Source: Paraphysomonas bandaiensis (taxonomy: Eukaryota; Protista; Chrysophyceae). Taken from it: a stretch of 64,000 nucleotides of DNA. Below, one piece after another: positions 13,101 to 26,188 of this stretch. Position numbers and translations under genes: made by a program. The stretch is from assembly GCA_965644295.1 (NCBI GenBank), contig CBFFRP010000365.1, positions 62,001 through 126,000 of the forward strand, written 5' to 3'. Numbering within the stretch: the stretch's first letter is position 1; the number at the start of each line of letters is the position of its first letter. A model generated the notes under the pieces. The model ran no database searches. It was not told the DNA's origin and worked only from the letters and a program-made list of their open reading frames with translations.

Positions 13101-14119
13101 GTATGTATGCATATCTCTATATGCCTATATATCTATACGTATGTATGCATATCCCTGTATGTCTATACATCTATACGCATGTATGCATATCCCTGTATGT
13201 CTATACATCTATATCTATGTATGCATATCCCTGTATGTCTATACATCTATATCTATGTATGCATATCCCTGTATGTCTATACATCTATACGCATGTATGC
13301 ATATCCCTATATGTCTATACATCTATACGCATGTATGCATATCCCTGTATGTCTATACATCTATATCTATGTATGCATATCCCTGTATGTCTATACATCT
13401 ATATCTATGTATGCATATCCCTGTATGTCTATACATCTATATCTATGTATGCATATCCCTGTATGTCTATACATCTATACGCATGTATGCATATCCCTGT
13501 ATGTCTATACATCTATATCTATGTATGCATATCCCTGTATGTCTATACATCTATATCTATGTATGCATATCCCTGTATGTCTATACATCTATATCTATGT
13601 ATGCATATCCCTGTATGTCTATACATCTATATCTATGTATGCATATCCCTGTATGTCTATACATCTATATATATGTATGCAGATCTCTATATGCCTATAT
13701 ATCTATACGCATGTATGCATATCTCTATATGCCTATATATCTATACGCATGTATGCATATCTCTATATGCCTATATATCTATACGTATGTATGCATATCT
13801 CCATATGCCTATACATCTATATCTATGTATGCATATCCCTGTATGTCTATACATCTATACGCATGTATGCATATCTTACCACTCCAAATATAATAATCCC
13901 CACAGAATCCTTATCACTTGATATAATCTTCGACTTCATAACTGATAATGCAACACGCATAGCAGTAATAATAAATGTTTCATTACGTTGATTCGTATGA
14001 AACATATGAGATCTCCCGTCTATTAGAAAGATGAGATGATCATTCGCTGTTTTATAGATATCTGCTTCATTATCACTCCCTTCATCTTCGATTGGATCTT
14101 CTTTGCCCCATGATGACAT
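10107..14119 (-). CDS. KU70: Ku70 (XRCC6) DNA end-binding protein, multi-exon
   Basis: vWA LIFLIDG...MKSKIISSDKDSVGIIIFG, LKEALWLC, KRVWIFTNDDCP; core GSSSLFTSI, PRLVAM, GMNLVTIPYSNEVR, NPAIQHIYSVIQAVAL; C-terminal SAP-like TVVNLKKICASLGIPQSGAKAVLVNRI. Confidence 0.93.
12915..13875. repeat. 38-bp minisatellite in Ku70 intron 1 (intron 12613-13879)
   Basis: Unit CATATCCCTGTATGTCTATACATCTATACGCATGTATG and variants, ~25 copies. Confidence 0.92.
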
Positions 14120-14815
14120 AATGAGAACGATAGAACTGTAAATTAATTTGTTAATTAGATATATAGCGAGGTATGTGTATGTATGTATGTATGTATTGTG
14201 TGTTAAGTTGAGATGAGATGCATGTATCTACACACACATACATACATACATACTGCTCTCTGCTATCGTATATATGGACATACATAAGCATACACATACA
14301 ATATACAGCAGTATGGTACAGAGTACTGTATATACACATCTAAGACGGCAATAAATTAGAGTATAAAATCCTGAAAATAAATAAAAATCCCTGCTTTTAA
14401 TAAGCACACGGTACCAAAAAATGATGGAAAATTTATGGAAATTTGAACTCATTTTCCCGAAATTTACTCACCGCATACCCCGCATATACAGCAGTACATT
14501 CGTACATACATACACAGTCAGTCCTCTGGTAGGTAGTTGCCATAGTAACTGCTATATACTACAGCCCATAGCTATATCTATATGTATATATATGTATATA
14601 TATGTATATGTATGTATGTATGTTATATGGATATACATACACGACTTAATCTCCCAGAGACTAGACTATAGCATCATATCACCCCAATCACATATCAGTA
14701 AAACACTTTACTATCAAATAACACATCTCACATTCTCACTATCTAATCTCATTCTCCATACCCTGCTACCCTCCTCTCATAACCATACATCTACATACAC
14801 ACACCCCATCCAACC

Positions 14816-16580
14816 ATGTCAACTGATATTGCCACTGCATTAGATCATATATTAGGTGATCCTAATACAGAGAATAAATTTCAAGCATTAAAACAATTAC
14901 ATGCTAAAAAAATCAAATCCCTCATGACTTCAATAGATGCACAACAAAAAGAAATCGGAAAACTGAAAACTTTAAATAAAGATAATCATCGTACACAAAT
15001 TATACAAAATCTTAAAAAGAAATTAAAAGAACAAGAACTTGTTGTTGATGTTTTAAAAGAAGAACTTGCAAGAAAAGCTGAGATGGAACATGGTGAAGTT
15101 AATGAGTTGATTATACGGAAAACTATTAGTGGGCCCAAACGATTTCGTCCATTGACCCGTGAAGAGCTTGAAAACCAGATAGCTGAATTAGAGAAAAAGA
15201 CTAAAGTTAGAAATTCATCTGCTGTTCCAGTGAGTTCTAACGGAGATGCAAGCGTGGCGGAGAGCAAAGCAGGGCGTAGTCGTCCTGTCACACCGGCGAA
15301 CGGCCTATGTCTCGTAGCTCCAATATGCAATCTGACTCGAAGCTGAATGATGATAGTGATCCAAACTATCTGTTAAAAATATCAGAACTTCAAAATAAGA
15401 TGTCGGATATTCAACGCCGTCTGGATACTAAGGATGGTTTAATCAATGAGCTGAAAGACGAAGTATCAAGGTTGCGAGCCACTAATGCGTCGCTTGTGGC
15501 TCTTGAAGAGGAACATGATATAATGCAACGGCAGCACAACGACCTAGCGCTTAAGCTCGAGAGAATGGAAGAAGATCTTACTGATACAACGGAAAAGCTG
15601 TCCACTGCGGAAGTGCAAATGTTCCAGGAGCGAGCGGCAGCTGAATCCGAACTTGAACAGAAGAACTTAGAGCTCGAAACATTAAGGGAGCAATGCACCC
15701 AAGGACTGAAGCAAAACACTCAACTCTTGAGGCGTATGGCCGAGATTGAGAACCAATTAGATAAGGCTCTGAGATCTACTGGAGGGGGTCGTAGCTCCAC
15801 AGTCAATTCACCGGGGGATCGCCCCCAGACTCCATCACGAAGCCTGTCCCCATCTAAGGCAAACACTGCTTTACAGGAGAAACTCAGACAAGCGAATGCT
15901 AAAATTTCTACGTTAGAGGCAGCATTGAAAGGAGATGAGAGATCTTCGACAGCCGATTCATTGAGGGAAGCTCTCAGAGATAAAAACGAAACTATACGTG
16001 ACCTTAAGAGAACCATTGCAGAGATGTCGCGATTGAATAAGGTAGGAAGTGTTGTTGAATATATGTAGTAGAAGCGATTTTCATGGAGGTTGATGTCTGA
16101 ATATGTGAGCGAGGTCGTTGTTTAATGTTTAATATATGATTTTGTTGTCAGGCTCGTGTTGCTCATGCCGATGGTTCTCATGTTGCGGAATCGAAACATG
16201 GTGACGATATGGACAGAAAGAGCAGTAGCAAGGGACTTTCCAACGGCTCCAAATCGACTTCGAACTCAGGAAACCGTTCTGTTCCAACAGCTATCGTGAA
16301 ACTTACGGAGCTTTTGCTTCAATTTGAAATTCAGACTCTTGAGAGCACTGATGGAACAGGGCCTTCTCCGATGCTGCTCAACTCGCTTCTAGGAGCACTG
16401 CAGCGAGTCCTCTTAGCTCAGCAACGTGCACAAGTTTCTCCTCTCGATACAAACAAAGAATGGGTAGTGGACGCGAAGAAAATAACTACTCTAGAGCATC
16501 TGTTGAATATGAAGTATGCGGCATTCATTAATGACGATGATGATGACGAATTGATTGGAGCGAGTATTCCTGTTGAGTAA
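14816..16580 (+). CDS. Uncharacterised long coiled-coil protein (frame change near 15230-15300; intron ~16042-16151)
   Basis: Heptad-rich ORFs 14816-15346, 15307-16068 and 16209-16580; no named domain recognised. Confidence 0.75.
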
Positions 16581-16748
16581 AAGACTGTTAGCGAATATAA
16601 AATATAAATACTTATCTTATTGTATGAAGTTTGTTTTTGACTGTAGTATGTAGTAGGGTTTAGGATAAAACGTAGTTATTGCAACTAATAATTATCGGTA
16701 TTGTTGTATTTATTTTACTGCCAGCTAAATGTTGGTGCACGTTTATTG

Positions 16749-17092
16749 TGTTGAGTTCTGCAATATGATGTGATATATATTGTGCAATTGAAGTGAGTTA
16801 ACAGTGTGCAATAGGTAATGTCAACTCATAGGTAAAACGGGTGATTATAGTTACAAAGGAATTAAATTCAGTTACTGATGTGTGACTATACAAGATATAG
16901 AACTGACTGATGAACATATGATGAACAGGTGTTGCTGGGAACAGATGTTTCAACATATGTTACACGAATATGTAGTGAAGTGTTCAGAATAATAATTATA
17001 ATTTCTTACTTGAAAGTGCATTGTGTTCAACAGCAAGGTTACGGTTTACGCGTAGAGCAAAGTTAACTTCAGTGAAATGTCCTTTGTTAACA
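16749..17092 (+). repeat. 5' LTR
   Basis: TGTTGAG...TTAACA; only one mismatch to the 3' LTR seen by eye. Confidence 0.97.
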
Positions 17093-20000
17093 TGGTAGCG
17101 AGTGGTAGCTCTGATGAGGCGATGGAGGACAGCAAGGTGCTGAAGTTTGACAAGTGAAACGACACGTGTGTTGTAACGATTTGGGAGGCATGTGAACATG
17201 ACGCACGCAGCTGTGTTGGAGGGTGCCAGCCGATACATGGAGGCGACTCCCACATGATGATCCCAATAAGGAAGCTTTGTCCAATCATATGCTTCAAACG
17301 CTTGTGGATAGGTCTAGGAGTGAGTTGGGAGTAGTACTCCAAAAGACTACAGCGAAATACCAGCTTGTAAATATTGGCCAATGATATGGACGAAATAGAG
17401 ATTGATAGGCTGAAATGTATTTTCTACTAAAACTGCCTTGTACACTGAGCAGAGCAGCAGAGCAGTGCAGCTGTTCATAGTTAACGAGCAGGAGTGCTGA
17501 ACATACACATGAACAGTGACAGAGACAGAGTTCATCGGCGGAATGGTGCTAATATGTAGATGATGATGTCTCATCTGGAGGGGAGTCCAATAAGATAGAT
17601 GGTGAAGTGCTTATGACTGAAACAGTAGACCAACGAGTGTATCTAGGCAGTTGTGCCGGAAAGCAGCTATTCATTGTTGTTAAAGATCATAGAGTGCTAG
17701 AGAAATATTATGAAGCAGAGCCAGGAGTCATATCTCTGACGAAGAAGGGGTCAGCAATGGAGACTCAAGGAGTAGGAAGCTTTCAACACTGGCAAAAGAG
17801 AAGGCATCAAAGTATGTAAAGATGCGGTGAAGAATATTGTCTCAGGCGGAATGCTGCGAGCACTGGTGTGTGGATTGGAACTACTTAGAGTACCGAGAAT
17901 TGTAGAGTTAAACACTGGTAGAGAGGTACTGGTTGGAGACTATATGATGAGCATGGAGGAATGCCATGGGAGGCATTATATAATATTATGACGTTTTGAA
18001 TTTGCCTATTATTACGTCATCATGCCATCATGTAATGGAGGAAAATGCCAAGGAGGACAGTAAAGTTAGTGGATGCTGCCTTATGAGTGTGTTCCTGGGA
18101 GGAAAGGTGCCCGAGTTATCCTGGTTGATGAGAGGAAATGGGGGTGCAAGGCGTATGTATTAGTCCCGAAGGCCGATAGTCGGAAAGACTGGGAGGAAAA
18201 GGCACAAACAGGATATTTTGTGGGTTTCCCAGATGAGCAGATGGGGTATCAAGTGTTGATAGGAGATACAATAGTCACGTCTGTTCATGTCCTGTTTGAT
18301 GTATCAGTGCCCTAGAGATCGGCTGAATACTACCGAGAAATGGACTAAGCCACGGTGGCAGTGGTTCCTCAGGGAGGAGTGTTATCGACAAAACCCATGT
18401 GAAGATGGCGGCCAACTGTACAACAAGACCACGCGAATATAGATTCGGAAAGAGGTCTAACTGTGGGATATAGATCCCTGATGTCAGGTGGTGAGGAGCA
18501 ACTGGAAGTTAAGACTCCTATTCACATCATCGCGGATGAGTGAAGACCTTGTGACAAGAGTATCTGCTAGTTCTGGATCTCGTGACGACGGGACCAGCGG
18601 ACATTTATTACAGCAGTTGACTGGGACGGTTCCATCCCCTTCTGACTTCGTAAGTGCTCCGGGAGAGGAAGCTCCATCAGATCGCTCAACTAGGGGCAGG
18701 CGCACAAGGGCTCCAAGGGTAGTGACGAATGTGTCAGTAGTAGGTGAGAAGCACGTATTACCTTCGTGTGACGAAGTGGAGTGCAGCCTACTAGAGGAGG
18801 CAAATTCCATCTGGTGCTCGTCAGCGGGACCTAAGGTGCCTCAGACATATTCCGAATTCTTGGAGTTGCCGGAACGGAAGCAATGGAGTTCAGCCAGGCT
18901 GAATATGACGAACTGGAACGAAGGGAAGTGATGGAAGTTAAGCCCATACCTACCCCAGTGTCACTCCATTGACAGCAAGACAGGCTGAGCGTGACAGACT
19001 GGAACGAAGGGAAGTAATGGAAGTTAAGCCCATCATCCCTACCCCAGTGTCACTGCAATTTGAATCCTGAGTATGTCTTTGCTTTGAAACGCAACAAGGA
19101 GGGTGCGATTCAACGATAGAAAGCACGACTTGTGGTACTTGGATATGGAGGCCATGAGGTTGGTAGAGCCAACAATTATACTCCAGTGGTAAAAGCGGTA
19201 ACAGTAAGATTGCTATTAGCTATCGCGTTTGTTATGAATATGGTGGTGCATCAACTCGACGTATCTAATGCATTCTTGTATATGCAGATATAAAAGGAGA
19301 TGTGTGTATAAGTATGCAACACCAGATTTCAAATTGCCACCAGGATATTGCTTTAAACTGAAGAAAAGTTTATATGGTCTTCGAAGCTCACCACGGTCAT
19401 GATGATAATATGCTGAGAGCATGTCGAGATACGAATATTATTTTGGAAATTAAGCGACGAGTATGTGAAAGGTTCGATATTACAGATATGAATGAGATTG
19501 GCTAGTTTTTGAACGTGAGAGTGACGAGAACTCCGAATTGTCTCAAACTTGACATGACAGTGTTCATCAAAAAGATATTGGTGAAGTATGTGGTTTTCTG
19601 GGTGTCCAAGGGACAAGACGCGGCGATACCCACTACATAGTGATGTCATGGATAGGATCAAAGTGGGAGTGGAACATGTGCATTCGACTCTGAAGAGCAG
19701 GAATTAGTTGACAATTTTCCCTATCGTCCATTAATAGGAGCGTTACTTTATTTATCTATGAATACAAGGCCGGATATCTCATATGCAGTGGGAGTATTCA
19801 TTATAGAGGGAGAGATTTTGATCTTCATATGTTCACTGATGCTGACTGGGCAGGCGACCCGTTGACGAGGAGATCAACTTCAGGTTATATGTTATGTTTG
19901 GAGCTGGTGGACCACTATCGTGGGGTTCCAAACTTCAGTCTACTGTAGCTACATCGACTATGAAAGCAGAGTATCAATGCTTATATAACGGATTACAGGA

Positions 20001-20510
20001 AATGATATGGTCTCGGGGGGTGACTAGAGAAGTAGGGTTGAAAATTGACGAGCCCATACCATTATTCCTGGATAGTCAACAAAGTGCTCAGGATATATCG
20101 GAAATCCAGTGCAACATCAACGATCGAAACATATTGAGATTAAGTATCATCATATGATTAGAGAGCATGTGGATCCCGAACAGTTTAATACAGCGAAATT
20201 AATTCATGTGAGCAGTCGACAACAGATGGCTGATATATATACCAAGGCTTTGAGAGGCCCAATATTCATTGAACAGAGGGAGCGAAATCTTGGGGGAAAA
20301 TTTAAGACTACTGCACAAATTATCGCAGAGGTACCCAAGGTAAAGAGAGTTCGTCGTAACTAGATATTAGAGGTGAATGAATGGTGGGAGCTAGCTATAC
20401 CAGCGGAGTCATACGTCCACCAGTGTCCTATGAGGTTCGGTGGTTGCGTATCCGATAGCAATGTTCTTCACAAATTTTAGAATGGTTAACTACATCCAAT
20501 TGAGTGGGAG

Positions 20511-20854
20511 TGTTGAGTTCTGCAATATGATGTGATATATATTGTGCAATTGAAGTGAGTTAACAGTGTGCAATAGGTAATGTCAACTCATAGGTAAAAC
20601 GGGTGATTATAGTTACAAAGGAATTAAATTCAGTTACTGATGTGTGACTATACAAGATATAGAACTGACTGATGAACATATGATGAACAGGTGTTGCTGG
20701 GAACAGATGTTTCAACATATGTTACACGAATATGTAGTGAAGTGTTCAGAATAATAATCATAATTTCTTACTTGAAAGTGCATTGTGTTCAACAGCAAGG
20801 TTACGGTTTACGCGTAGAGCAAAGTTAACTTCAGTGAAATGTCCTTTGTTAACA
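20511..20854 (+). repeat. 3' LTR
   Basis: Direct repeat of 16749-17092. Confidence 0.97.
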
Positions 20855-21234
20855 TATTGTATTCCGTGTGTATCGTATATCGTATCACTGAGTAAATTAT
20901 GAGAAAAGAAAACTTGAAATAAATATCTTTCGTTTCTTCGTAACTTTTTGTATGCGGTTTAAAGCAGCAGTTTTAAAATTATACTACAATCTGACGAATA
21001 TATATACTGCCAATTAATTGTTACGTATTACGCAAGCCTGGTAATTATGTAATTATACATAAAGTAGACCCAAACGATAAAAAAATGAAACAAAAAAGTT
21101 TAATTAATTAAGTTCGAGTAGTGTAAATCATATCGACTTTACTGAGAAATGTTACATTAACGGGACGGTATCCTCATATTAATATTACGTACCTAATTGT
21201 AGTATATCTTTGTTTTCTATTCAAATATGACGCA

Positions 21235-21815
21235 GTGCCAATGCTGAGATATGGCGCAAACTGCAATCTGCCCATCTTCAAGCAGAAATTGGTGGCCGAA
21301 GCCATGGTGAGGTACGGAGACCTTGCAAAGATGCTGGAGACTGACGAATACTACGAGCCACCGAGACCCGACACCAGGGATGTCAATCCGAGGACAGATC
21401 CCATCGGGTACAATGAGATCGAAGAGCAATGTATCAGAAGATCTCGAGCCATAGGGGAAATGGTCAAAAACAGAACATCCTCTATCTACTGTCTCATTCC
21501 TCTTCGCGCCCCTGTGATGTGTCTATGCGTCCCCAACGATAAGACACATCAAATGACGAAACAATATACCCTGTAGGGGTGTGGTCAGCACATCATCCAA
21601 CATCTCGAACGCATAGACACATCACAGGGGTGCGAAGAGGAATGAGACAGTAGTAGATAGAGGATGTTCTTTTTGTGATCATTTCTCCGATTGCTCGAGA
21701 TCTTCTTATACACTGATCTTCGATTTCCTTATACCCAATGGGGTCTGACTTCTCTGGTATCTGGTCTGGTCTTGGTGGCTCGTAGTATTCGTCTGTTTCT
21801 AGCATCTTTGCAAGG
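21235..21815. mobile_element. Inverted pair of retroelement (copia gag N-terminus-like) fragments
   Basis: Arms 21321-21530 (+) and 21609-21815 (-) both encode LAKMLETDEYYEPPRPD...DPIGY.EIE.QCIRRSRAIGEM. The gag assignment is from recalled resemblance only. Confidence 0.55.
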
Positions 21816-21825
21816 AGGCGTTTTT

Positions 21826-21946
21826 CGACTAGTGGACCAGCCCTCCACTTGTCGGACTGTAGATGGTCCCACTCATTTTGACCACAATTTCAAAGCTTTC
21901 CATACGAAAAAACACAATACAAAAAATGAACTGGTCCGCTTTGTCG
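21826..21946. mobile_element. Possible small MITE
   Basis: Imperfect terminal inverted repeats CGACTAGTGGACCAG / CTGGTCCGCTTTGTCG; no clear TSD. Confidence 0.35.
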
Positions 21947-22156
21947 TATGTATGTATGTATGTATGTATGTATGTATGTATGTATGTATGTATGTATGTA
22001 TGTATGTATGTATGTATGTATGTATGTATGTATGTATGTATGTATGTATGTATGTATGTATGTATGTATGTATGTATGTATGTATGTATGTATGTATGTA
22101 TGTATGTATGTATGTATGTATGTATGTATGTATGTATGTATGTATGTATGTATGTA
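21947..22156. repeat. (TATG)n microsatellite
   Basis: Perfect array, ~210 bp. Confidence 0.99.
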
Positions 22157-22246
22157 GGTGGGCAGTTATCAGTTATATCTAGTATCTGGTACTATCACTG
22201 CACTTAGATATCACTCAGCAGGGGTCTCTTACACCTCTACCTTCCT

Positions 22247-24017
22247 ATGGGTAGTGCTGTCCCTATCCTCCTCAACTCTACCATCGACTGTGAAATATGG
22301 ATCCATTCAGGTACCTTCAATTCACATCCTATTCATCTGATTGGCTCACTGACTCACTTCTTTCTCCCTTATAGATACACACAGCTTTCAATATCCTGAA
22401 AACAATCACACTGATATCATACTTAAAGAAAATTTCGGTATAGCTTTAAGTGGTGGAGGATTTAGAGCATGTACTTTAGCATTAGGTGGGATACGTGCCT
22501 TATATCAGATGAAGATCCTTTCACGTGCGAAATATATCTCATCCAACTCAGGTGGCTCATGGTTAAATGGTCCATTATGTTATAGTAAACTACCTTTAAA
22601 TGAGTTTCTTGGTGCCTACATTCCACCTCATGAATGTTTTTTACATCATTTAATGAAAACACCAAATTATCAACATGGAAAATGTTTAACAACAGGAAGA
22701 AATGCTCATACATTTATTCGAGAGATATTAAAAGGTGGTTCATTAGCAATTAGCAGTCGAATTGAACAAGATCTCAGGGATTTTTGGAGTCAGGCTGTTG
22801 GTGCTATATTTTTCCGTCAATACGACTTAGATAATCATCATGATTTGCCTTCGTTACCCGGTGCAATGGAAGAAAGACTACGACAACGATGTGGGCTTAA
22901 TGATTCACATCGGGTTTCCACCTGTCGTTCAATGAGTGAGGTACCTTATCCGATCATTAACGCAAGTGTATTTACGGGTACTGAGAAAGGCTTCTGTCCT
23001 CTTGAATTCACGCCCTTGTATTATGGTTCACCTTGTCGATGCGATGTCAAAGAAAAGAACAAAACATTTGACTATGGGGGGTACTATATAGAGCCCAGTG
23101 GATTCATTCACGATCTTGATGAAGATCAATTGACTGAATTGAAACAGAGTATACAACCGTATCTCGACTCGGGAGAACAGAGTTTTGTATTGCGTATTCC
23201 TCGACCACCGAATGTGATATCTGTAAGTGAACAAGCTGGTATTAGCTCGACTGCAATCGCGCAACGTTTGGCGGATGATTTATCGGACGATATGTATCAA
23301 TACCTCGACTTTCCGATGCATATGTGCTTCAACCCCAGGACGAGTGAAACGCACCCGTTACGTATTGCTGATGGAGGTGCTACGGATAACAGCGGAATCC
23401 TAAGTCTTCTTCGACGTAAGACTTCGAAAATTATTGCCATATATGCTATGAATGTATCAATAATGGCTGATTTGGATCATAGCGATGCTTACTATTCATC
23501 TTTTGGTAATATTGCAGCACTGTTTGGTAGAAGTCATTATAGAGGTGGTACCAATCGTGACGGTGTGTCAGATTCAGTGTTCAATGAAATGCGGTGTGTT
23601 TTTCCAAGAGAAGATTATGATGTGCTCTTGCGTGGACTTCAATCTCGAGTGAAAAATGATAAACCAGCGACCTTTCTGATACACACAAAAGTGTTGCCGA
23701 ACCAGCATATATGTGTGCCGGGAAATCATAATGTGTCCATACTATTCGTTGTCAATCATGTGTCTCCATGTTGGGAGAACTCACTCCCTCAATGTATTCG
23801 TAACCGATGGAAGAATGATGAGGAAAAGTCGTCTTCCTTCATACAGTTTCTTGAAAGAATAGGGCTCTTGAAGTCGAATTTGAAAGGATTTCCTTATATA
23901 CCACTGCAGGAATTCGACTACCAGCCTGTTCTTGTTAATTTGATGTCACAGTTGACGACATGGCAATTAATGGAAAGCAAAGATTTAATAGAAGAGTTGC
24001 TATTACAGCCAGACTAA
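22247..24017 (+). CDS. Lysophospholipase / cPLA2 catalytic-domain (patatin-fold) protein, 2 exons
   Basis: Intron 22311-22373 joins in frame. Motifs GIALSGGGFRA (oxyanion), ISSNSGGSW (nucleophile Ser), PYPIINAS, IADGGATDN (catalytic Asp). Confidence 0.85.
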
Positions 24018-24305
24018 TTTTTTATTGTATGATATCGATAGTGTTCCTTGATTTTGATATTATCTATTAATTTAATCATTATATCTGAAAAAGTAAGTTG
24101 ATATAGTGATAAGTGATATAGTGGGGCAAATAACATCGATGCTACGAAATACGAAATAATACTCAGGGGTTAAAATTCTTAAACCGTAAGATTGATTACA
24201 AAGTGAACAGCAAGATTTGATAGCAGCATTACAAGCTACAGAGTCTTTTACCGTCATATACACATGTGAAGGCTATCCTTTTATGTAGAAACACACCACT
24301 TCTCT

Positions 24306-24483
24306 GTATATTAAAAGTCTTATTATTAGCAATAGGCGTTAAAAGCCTGCACCAACTTAGTAGCTAGATGAATGCTAGACAAACTAGTTAGACCTCTACC
24401 TGTTACACACTAATTCTACTATTTAACGCTACGGAAGCTGCTTGTGCGTCGCCGCTAGCACCAAGGTGCGACCACTTCCGCTC
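24306..24483 (-). mobile_element. Dispersed repeat copy 3 (core plus tail); body may extend to ~24900
   Basis: Reverse-complement match to 9747-9939. Confidence 0.75.
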
Positions 24484-24920
24484 TGAGTTCTTAAGGTGAA
24501 CATCCCGGATGCTTGACTTCAGCAGGCAGCCCAATACCCCGGTTACCCTTCTGGTGGGCCCTGTCCCGGATGCCTGTTTATTCGTCAGGGCCCAAAGACG
24601 TCTACACAAGTGACACTTATTGGTGTCCCTTGTACTGCACAAGCATTCGGCTATGCGTGGGCAGAAGAATATCTGCTGACTATGTTTGCGGCTCACGTTA
24701 GTTTCCCAGAGAGAACCTCTCCGGTACTTATCCCCCAGAACACCACGAAAAGGTGCGAGTCCGACTTTGTTGAGGGCCACTTCACTGTTGTGTTGAGAGG
24801 CCTCTAATAAGACCATTCTCTCTTGAAGTGCCTTCCTTCTGATTACATGCAACTCTAGCATTGATAGATATAGTTCTAACAATACTTTTGCGTATATTGC
24901 AGTGCAGTAAATTGTAATAA

Positions 24921-25194
24921 CACTAGTGAAATAAGCAAGTTCAAAAGGTAGTACGTCCTGCGAAAAGTTCAAAAGGTACTTCGTAAAAAAATGTAGAGTG
25001 TGAAAGTAGAAAAGGTAGTTCATAAAGTAGTTTATAAGGTAGTTAAAAATGTGCAATCCTGTAAACATTTTGTCGAAAAGTTCATAAGAAGATAGTTCAT
25101 AAGGTAGTTCATGAACTGCTTTTGAACTTGAGCGAACTACCTTCTTATGAACTTCTTTTAAACTTCTTTTGAACTTCTCCATTTCACTAGAGTG
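24921..25194. mobile_element. CACTA-like MITE remnant
   Basis: Ends CACTAGTGAAAT...AAGTTCAAAAG / CTTTTGAACTT...ATTTCACTAG(AG)TG, with many internal AGTTCAT/ATGAACT subterminal repeats in both orientations. Confidence 0.5.
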
Positions 25195-26127
25195 TACTAA
25201 TGTAGTATCATAAATCTGTAGATTAAGGAAGAAGAAACGAAGAAACAGGTCAGTATTTTAGTAGTGGTTGCTAATAATAAGCAACTAGAAGTTTTAAAAA
25301 TAAACTTGAAGAGAGTTCAATGGTAGTGGTGGTAATGGAGTCAAAGTTGGAATTTAGAAAACACGACAAGCTTTTTAGCAGTGTATAGATTAAGACTTGT
25401 TTACATTGAAAGCCTAATATATCTAGAATGTATAGCAATTTTTAGCGTGCTTACTGTTAGAGACAATAGGTGCTCCATGATTAACAATATAAAAACAAAA
25501 GAAAAATCGAAGTACTCTCTCCAATCAATGGTATATACATAAGCGTACAGAATGCCAATTGCACTAAATTCGCTAAACAATAACTTCCAGAATGTACCTC
25601 TCTACACAGAGAAGAACACTGACAGAATAGCAACTGTGAAGTATTGGTTTTCGTACATAAATATGATGAATGTAAGAATTTGTAGTTGCACGAGACTTCT
25701 TGTCACCGTAATTAGTATCACCATTACATATATGTAAATCACACTTAACCCCTACTAGTAGGGCAACTCACTCAAATGGATATGAGGCACATTACCCAAA
25801 CCTGAAAGGACTACTACTTCAAAGTATCTTCCGCATCAGATGTGGCAAACTTCTTGAAGTATCATTGCGAATCCCTAGCTACGAAGATCTATCACTTGTA
25901 CTGTCATCATTCTGATATTCTACAACAAACGTATGATGGAATATAGCTTGGAATGTTTGATGATCTGCTTTTGAATATTGCTCATCATTTCGCTTTCCCT
26001 AAAATTGTGTACTGTGTATTGTAATTTATGATAAAGCCACTTTCAAATGACTGTCAGTATCGTAACTAAGATTGAATGTGTTTCTGTTAAAACCGAATTG
26101 TGATGGAGCCGATGCTATTGTAACCGT

Positions 26128-26188
26128 AATCTAGCTACTAAGCTGGTGCAGATTTTTAACGCCTATTGCTAATAATAAGACTTCAATA
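26128..26188 (+). mobile_element. 61-bp truncated copy of the dispersed-repeat tail with 12-bp TSD
   Basis: Flanked by TATTGTAACCGT at 26116-26127 and 26189-26200. Confidence 0.8.

Larger units (their letters stand above)
16749..20854 (+). mobile_element. Ty1/copia LTR retrotransposon, non-autonomous (decayed pol)
   Basis: 344-bp LTRs, TSD TATTG on both sides, PBS TGGTAGCGAGTGG at 17093, PPT GAGTGGGAG before 20511. Remnants in copia order: post-integrase WGCKAYV...GYFVGFP; RT KARLV, HQLDVSNAFLY, LKKSLYGL, TRPDISYAVG; RNase H DADWAGD, RSKHIEIKYH. Confidence 0.97.

Noticed and set aside
12696-13991. Long ORFs over the 38-bp and (TACA)n repeats (also 2338-2862, 21691-22207, 42254-42709)
   Set aside because: Simple-repeat translations open in several frames at once.
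3107-14119. MSH1 and Ku70 as a DNA-repair gene cluster
   Set aside because: Convergent genes acting in different compartments; adjacency alone is not evidence.
24556-24593. Hammerhead ribozyme (CTGACGA on the minus strand within a GGGCCCTG hairpin)
   Set aside because: No stem II-GAAA or cleavage triplet in the required arrangement.
24403-25182. 259-aa minus-strand ORF as a host gene
   Set aside because: It runs through a MITE-like repeat and a dispersed repeat; no recognisable domain.
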